Of a stretch of 64,000 nucleotides of DNA, positions 59,152 through 64,000 are shown one piece after another. Every line of letters starts with the position of its first letter. Position 1 is the stretch's first letter. The stretch spans positions 18,732 through 82,731 of the forward strand of contig JBBRSP010000028.1 in the NCBI GenBank assembly GCA_038245295.1, given 5' to 3'. Both the position numbers and the translations under genes were made by a program. This DNA is from Candidatus Binatia bacterium (GTDB lineage Bacteria > Desulfobacterota > Binatia > HRBIN30). The notes under the pieces are model-generated. The model was not told where the DNA came from and ran no database searches. It saw nothing but the letters and a program-made list of their open reading frames with translations.

Positions 59152-60438
59152 TCATCCTGGAACGTTGAGCCGACCTTCGGACTTCGCCACGAAGGTCGCC
59201 GCCGTGATGTCGCCGGTCACGTTCAGCACCGTCCGGCACATATCGAGCAGTCGATCGACGCCGAGGATGATTCCGATGCCCTCGCCCGGGACACCGACGG
59301 CGACCAGCACGGGAACGATTAGCGGCAACGATCCTCCAGGCACGCCAGCCGTGCCGACACCGGCAAGCACCGACATCAGCACAACGAGAAGCTGTTTCTG
59401 CAGACTCAGCTCGACGCCGAAGAACTGCGCCAGGAAGAGCACCGTGACGCCTTCGAAGAGCGCCGTGCCGTTCTGATTCGCCGTTGATCCCAGGGTCAGA
59501 ACAAAGGACGCGATATCCTTTGGAACGCCAAGGTTCTCCTGCGTAACCCGGAGCGCCGTCGGCAAGGTGACATTCGACGAACTGGTGGAGAACGCCGTGA
59601 TCATCACCTCACGAATGGCGCGGAAGAACACGCGCGGAGAGATTCCGGAAAAGACACGGACAAGGATCGAGTAGGTGACAAACTGGTGGAAGGCGAGGCC
59701 GCAAAGGACCACGACGACGTACGACAGCAGCTCGCGCAGGACGTGAAAGCCAAAGCGTGCCGTGATGGTGAAGAGCAGCGCCGCCACACCATAGGGAGCG
59801 AGGCGCATCGCCGCTTCGATAATCCGCAGTGTCACTTCGTAGACCGCTTCCAGCAAGTCGATGAGCGGTTGCACTTTCCCGCGCTGTGCCGCTGCCAAGG
59901 CCAGGCCCAGAGCCAGAGCGAAGAACATGACGGCGAGCATGTCGCCGTTGACCGCGGCACGCAGCGGATTGTCGGGAATGATCTTGATGATGGCGTCGAG
60001 GCCGACCGCGGTCTCGGCCGCCGGCAGGTTGGTCCCCGGCGACTGCATCATGCCACGGAGCTGTTCGCGCACCTCGGGCGCCAATCCGCTGCCCGGCTGG
60101 AAAACATTGACGATGACCAGGCCGGTGATCACCGACGCCGCCGTGATGCCAATCGTATAGACGAAGGTCTTCACGCCGATGCGGCCGACCGTTTTCATGT
60201 CGCCAAGCTGCGCCACACCGAGCGCCAACGCCGAGACGACGAGGGGCAAAACGACCATGAAGATGAGCCGCAGGAAGACACGCCCCAGCGGTTCGGTAAT
60301 GTTCGAGGCAAACCACTGCACGCGCGGATCGCCACCGGCCAACGCGTTCGTCGCCAGACCAACGGCGACTCCGACAACGAGGCCAAGGAGAATTTTCTGA
60401 TACAGCGGGCGCGGCTCGCCCGGTCCGTCCGTCTTCAT
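59152..60438 (-). CDS. Dicarboxylate/amino acid:cation symporter (DAACS, GltP-like)
   Basis: FLRLIFMVVLPLV, AFSTSSSNVTLP, NQNGTALF, GVPGG, GVDRLLDMCRTVLNVTGD. Confidence 0.95.
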   Translation of the reverse strand: MKTDGPGEPRPLYQKILLGLVVGVAVGLATNALAGGDPRVQWFASNITEPLGRVFLRLIFMVVLPLVVSALALGVAQLGDMKTVGRIGVKTFVYTIGITAASVITGLVIVNVFQPGSGLAPEVREQLRGMMQSPGTNLPAAETAVGLDAIIKIIPDNPLRAAVNGDMLAVMFFALALGLALAAAQRGKVQPLIDLLEAVYEVTLRIIEAAMRLAPYGVAALLFTITARFGFHVLRELLSYVVVVLCGLAFHQFVTYSILVRVFSGISPRVFFRAIREVMITAFSTSSSNVTLPTALRVTQENLGVPKDIASFVLTLGSTANQNGTALFEGVTVLFLAQFFGVELSLQKQLLVVLMSVLAGVGTAGVPGGSLPLIVPVLVAVGVPGEGIGIILGVDRLLDMCRTVLNVTGDITAATFVAKSEGRLNVPG

Positions 60439-60751
60439 CCCGCCGCTATAGGTTATGCTTCGGGCTCGCGCCAATGCCGCCCAACGGCGGACCCTCGGAG
60501 CTGCTGGCAGCGTGAATCCGTCCCGCACACCCACCCCGACTCTACGCGCCCAGGATGCCGTCAATCGAAGAGGGAGCGTCGCGCCGCCACCGACGCACCT
60601 GGGCAACAAAACTGGAAAACGACATGGGTTGGCGCAACCAAATGTTTGGCTGTCGCGTTAAACAGCGCGCACGTATAGGTCTGGGAGAAGGTCTGTGATC
60701 GGAGTATGGAAGTCCGCAGACAACGCGTCGCGACGCGAAGGAGTGACATCG

Positions 60752-61099
60752 ATGCAACGAAAATTATTCTCTATGGCAGCGGCAGCCGCGCTGCTTTTCG
60801 TCGGCTTGGCCGCACCGGCTAGCGCCGACTGCAATGCCTTGCTGCCGTTGTTCCAACAGGGCGGCAGCGTCGCGCAGGTGGCACAAGCAACGGGGCTGTC
60901 GTTCGCCGAGGTCGACCTCTGTCGTCGCGAGTTGAGTCGCCCCGTGTATGTCGGTCCGGCCGGCGCGCCACCACTGAATGCCGCCGGGGCTCCCCCGCTA
61001 GGTGCGGCGGGAAGGCCACCGATGGGTGCGGCCGGCGCACCACCGATAGGCGCCGCTGGCCCACCGCCGCTCGGACGCGACGTCCGACGGCGGCCGTAA
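60752..61099 (+). CDS. Small secreted protein with five GAAGAPP[LMI]-like octapeptide repeats
   Basis: AAGGAG RBS, signal peptide ending ASA-D, Cys pair, repeat tail. Confidence 0.75.
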   Translation: MQRKLFSMAAAAALLFVGLAAPASADCNALLPLFQQGGSVAQVAQATGLSFAEVDLCRRELSRPVYVGPAGAPPLNAAGAPPLGAAGRPPMGAAGAPPIGAAGPPPLGRDVRRRP

Positions 61100-61104
61100 G
61101 TCTC

Positions 61105-61947
61105 TTATCCGAAAATTCCAGCGCGTTTGCGTGGCTTACCGGCGGGTCGGAATTCGACGCTGCGTTGGCGCAGCGATTCGTTGACCCGTTCGAGGCGCTG
61201 TTTCTGGCGTTCCTCGAACTCTACCAACTCGCGATGTCGCTTGTCCTGGAAGGCGTCGAACTCAGCCGTCCATTTGCCGTAGAAGTCGCGTAGCTCCTTG
61301 GCGATGGCGTTGTGCATCGAAGTATTGATGACCGTCGATCCCTGGCAGTAGGGACAGTAGAAGACGACGCCACTGCGGAAGTGACGATAAGCAACAGCAA
61401 AAGCGCCTTGGCAGCGGAAACACTCGATCGGTACTTCCCACTCGTCGATTGGCGGTAAAGCGACGCCGATTGCCGCAACTGACGTCGCCGCCGGATCGGC
61501 GGTGGCTGCGGACGTGGCCGTTGCCGCGGCAACGGCTTGTGCCGGCGCCGGCCCTGCAGCTGGAGTGGGCGCCGCCGGGGCGCCGGCGGCCACTGGCGCT
61601 GATGCAGCCGCACCGTCGGCCTTGAACCTCGACGGCGAATCGCCGCCGAACGTCTTATCGGGGTGCAGCTGACCGGCGCGCACCAGAAGCTGCGCTTCGG
61701 TCTCCGGGATGTCCGGGTTGGGGATGCAGCAATCGACGGGACACACCGCGGCACACGCTTCCTTATCAAAGAAGCCGACACATTCGGTACATTTCTCCGG
61801 CACGATGAAGAAGATGTCGTTGCTCAACGCCGCGTGCTTCGCGCCGTTGAAGTCCCACTCGACACCGCCCTGATAGATGGCCGTGTTCGGACATTCCGGC
61901 TCGCAGGCTCCGCAGTTGATACACTCACTGGTGATCATCGTTGCCAT
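61105..61947 (-). CDS. YfhL-type 2[4Fe-4S] ferredoxin fused to a zinc ribbon and coiled coil
   Basis: CINCGACEPECP and CTECVG...CAAVCPVDC; Ala/Pro linker; CFRC...CPYC; charged helical tail. Confidence 0.88.
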   Translation of the reverse strand: MATMITSECINCGACEPECPNTAIYQGGVEWDFNGAKHAALSNDIFFIVPEKCTECVGFFDKEACAAVCPVDCCIPNPDIPETEAQLLVRAGQLHPDKTFGGDSPSRFKADGAAASAPVAAGAPAAPTPAAGPAPAQAVAAATATSAATADPAATSVAAIGVALPPIDEWEVPIECFRCQGAFAVAYRHFRSGVVFYCPYCQGSTVINTSMHNAIAKELRDFYGKWTAEFDAFQDKRHRELVEFEERQKQRLERVNESLRQRSVEFRPAGKPRKRAGIFG

Positions 61948-62035
61948 GGCGTTCCTCGCTCAGTCGTTGATCGTAACGAACCCGCGCCTCATACCAACCA
62001 CCTTCAACAAGGGCAACGACGCAGCGGGGGCGTTT

Positions 62036-62437
62036 TTATTTGCGCGTCACCAACTCGATTAGCGCCCCGCTGGCGGCGTCCGGGTGGACAAAGGCGATGC
62101 GAATCGACTCGCCGTCGCGTGGCACCTGATCGATCATCGGCACACCGGCCGCCGTCAACTCTCCCACAGCGGCATAAACGTCATCGACACGCAGCCCGAA
62201 GTGGTACACACCCGGGCCTTTATGCGGCAGGTGCGCCTGGGTCGTACGGCTCCAATCTTGCGCCTCGATCAGCTCGAGCTCGACGCCCCCGACTTGCAGG
62301 CGGGCGATCCGCAGGGCGATATCCGCCCGCACTTCAATCGGCGCGGCGGTCAAACCGATCCGCTGCACAAAAAACTCCAAGGCGGCATCCAGGTCGGCAA
62401 CCCCGATACCGATGTGATCAACACCAGTGACTCGCAT
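62036..62437 (-). CDS. VOC family protein, methylmalonyl-CoA epimerase-like
   Basis: DHIGIGV, LELIE, GPGVYHF, AFVHP...GALIELV. Confidence 0.85.
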   Translation of the reverse strand: MRVTGVDHIGIGVADLDAALEFFVQRIGLTAAPIEVRADIALRIARLQVGGVELELIEAQDWSRTTQAHLPHKGPGVYHFGLRVDDVYAAVGELTAAGVPMIDQVPRDGESIRIAFVHPDAASGALIELVTRK

Positions 62438-62449
62438 GGAAGTAGCCCC

Positions 62450-63046
62450 TCATTTCGGCTTGTCGCCGGCGGTCGGTTGCGGTCGCGGTGTCCCCTCGAA
62501 GTGCAGCGACGTCACACCCGGCCCGCCAATCCACATGCGCTGCAGCAAGTATGGATGTTTGGCGAACAGCGTCTGCTGTTGCTCAGGCGTCAACAGGCGC
62601 AAGGCCTCGACCTTGAACAACATCTGGGCGCTCCAGATGTCGCTCATCTCCTTGCTCATCTCGGCGGCGAGCTTATTGGCATCGTCCCACTGGCGTTGCG
62701 TCAAGGCGGCCTCGTAGCGCGACCGCAATTCCGCCTGGTGGCGTTGGCGCTCCATCTGCTTCGTGTTCGTGGCGTCCATCAGTCGATCCATCGACGCACG
62801 CGCCGTGGCGCTCAGATTGATATCCACCGTGATGCTCGCGTCATTCCACCAGCGCCCGCCGCCTTGCGCCGCCGGTACCGCCGGCGCTGACTTCGGCGCC
62901 GCTTGAGTTTGCGTGGCGCGAGCCGCCGCCGTCTCGAGCGGCGGCACGATAAATCGGATGGCCGGCGACGGCGATGGGGTCTGCGCCGAAGCAACCGAGG
63001 CGGCCGCGGCGAGGCTCACAGTGACGCCACAGAAAACACGAAGCAT
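62450..63046 (-). CDS. Secreted Spy/CpxP-like helical protein
   Basis: Signal peptide, GRWW...INLS, LLTPEQ (LTxxQ) motif. Confidence 0.6.
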   Translation of the reverse strand: MLRVFCGVTVSLAAAASVASAQTPSPSPAIRFIVPPLETAAARATQTQAAPKSAPAVPAAQGGGRWWNDASITVDINLSATARASMDRLMDATNTKQMERQRHQAELRSRYEAALTQRQWDDANKLAAEMSKEMSDIWSAQMLFKVEALRLLTPEQQQTLFAKHPYLLQRMWIGGPGVTSLHFEGTPRPQPTAGDKPK

Positions 63047-63458
63047 GAAGGACTCTCCTCTTGGGCACTGCCTATAAGCCGATCGGCGCGTCGGGGGAAA
63101 GCTCCGCGAAGCCGCGGTGCGCATCAAACGCCTTGGCAGCCTGTTGGCCGTGGCGCGACGGCGCACTCCCACCGGAGCTCCATTCGAAGCACGGAGATCG
63201 AAGAACTCACCGCAGATCGTTGGCGAGTCCCGACAGTCGCCCGCTTCTTTCGATTGATCAGGATTTCAAAGCACATCGTAGTCGGCCGCCCCGGCTCAGG
63301 CGCGGCGGCGCCCGAGTGGACTGGCTGCTTGGCCGCCGTCGACTGCAGCCGTCTGCTCGGCCCTGGCCTTCTCAGTGGTTCAGTCGCCACCGAAGAGACT
63401 TCACCACGAAGGGCACGAAGAGCTGAGTCACGAGCAGACCCATCCGCAACAACTCTCT

Positions 63459-63844
63459 CTTCGTATTACTTACGTTCGAATTCGTCGCGGCGCGCGACGA
63501 TTGAGCGACCTACATACCATCAACCGCTCTTTGCCACGGATGCACACAGATGCAGGCCCGTCGGGCCTGCGATGCTGGCGATGTCTGTTTACAAGCCATC
63601 CGTGTTCATCCCATTCATCTGTGGCAATAGGCCTGCGTTGGGTTGCGGGCAAAGCCCGCCTCGTGACCTTCGTATTACTTACGTTCGAATTCGTCGCGGC
63701 GCGCGACGATCTGGCGAGCTTGAAACCAGCGTGCGGTTCCTTGCCACGGATGAACACCGATGAACACAGATGCAGGCCTGCTTGCCGCCGGCCCTTTGCC
63801 GTTGGCAAGCCATCTGTGTTCATCCCATTCATCTGTGGCAATAG
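63459..63844. repeat. Two ~210-bp tandem units, each a 43-bp exact repeat plus a long imperfect palindrome
   Basis: cttcgtattacttacgttcgaattcgtcgcggcgcgcgacgat at 63459-63501 and 63668-63710; ttgccacggatg...catctgtggcaatag at 63531-63629 and 63741-63844. Confidence 0.85.
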
Positions 63845-63989
63845 TTCCGCACTCGCGCTCTCGCGCTGGGCACAAGCCGAGTCATCATGGCTGACGTTTG
63901 GGTTGATGAAGTGACCTACCTCTTGCACACCGTGGATTACGCCGGCGGGATGGGCCCGCCGCATCGCGCCACATACAAGGAGGCAGGTC

Positions 63990-64000
63990 ATGGCGAATAC
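63990..64000 (+). CDS. Probable start of the next gene (truncated by the window edge)
   Basis: AAGGAGG RBS followed by ATG GCG AAT. Confidence 0.45.

Noticed and set aside
63459..63844. Possible CRISPR array
   Set aside because: Only two 43-bp copies, about 166 bp apart; the intervening sequences are themselves homologous; no cas genes in the window

Overview
A GC-rich bacterial chromosomal window made up mostly of housekeeping and accessory genes. The dockerin-like Cys-GDCNGD domain, two DUF1329 proteins, SCP2/acyl-CoA dehydrogenase/APH genes and Cys-rich secreted enzymes resemble Candidatus Binatia or a related deltaproteobacterial-grade lineage (inference only). Contents: an A-family heme-copper oxidase operon (II-I-III-IV-III' plus a small CPGC protein and an Atl gene), a peptidoglycan-recycling cluster (ldcA-serine hydrolase-mpl), a TPR/LolB-like/peptide-ABC operon, tRNA-Phe(GAA), many exported proteins, and a decayed accessory patch (~46.3-52.4 kb) with tandem class III cyclase genes and an IS91-family transposase relic. 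Most notable observations: (1) the oxidase keeps its heme/copper ligands and D-channel but has lost the K proton channel at four positions, including a natural K362M equivalent; (2) two short inverted-repeat elements each sit exactly in the loop of a palindrome, duplicate that loop, and carry their own REP pair; (3) a circularly permuted alkaline-phosphatase-superfamily gene; (4) a cyclase-TIR fusion relic; (5) an unannotated 55-aa zinc-ribbon gene. All calls come from motif reading by eye; no database searches were run.
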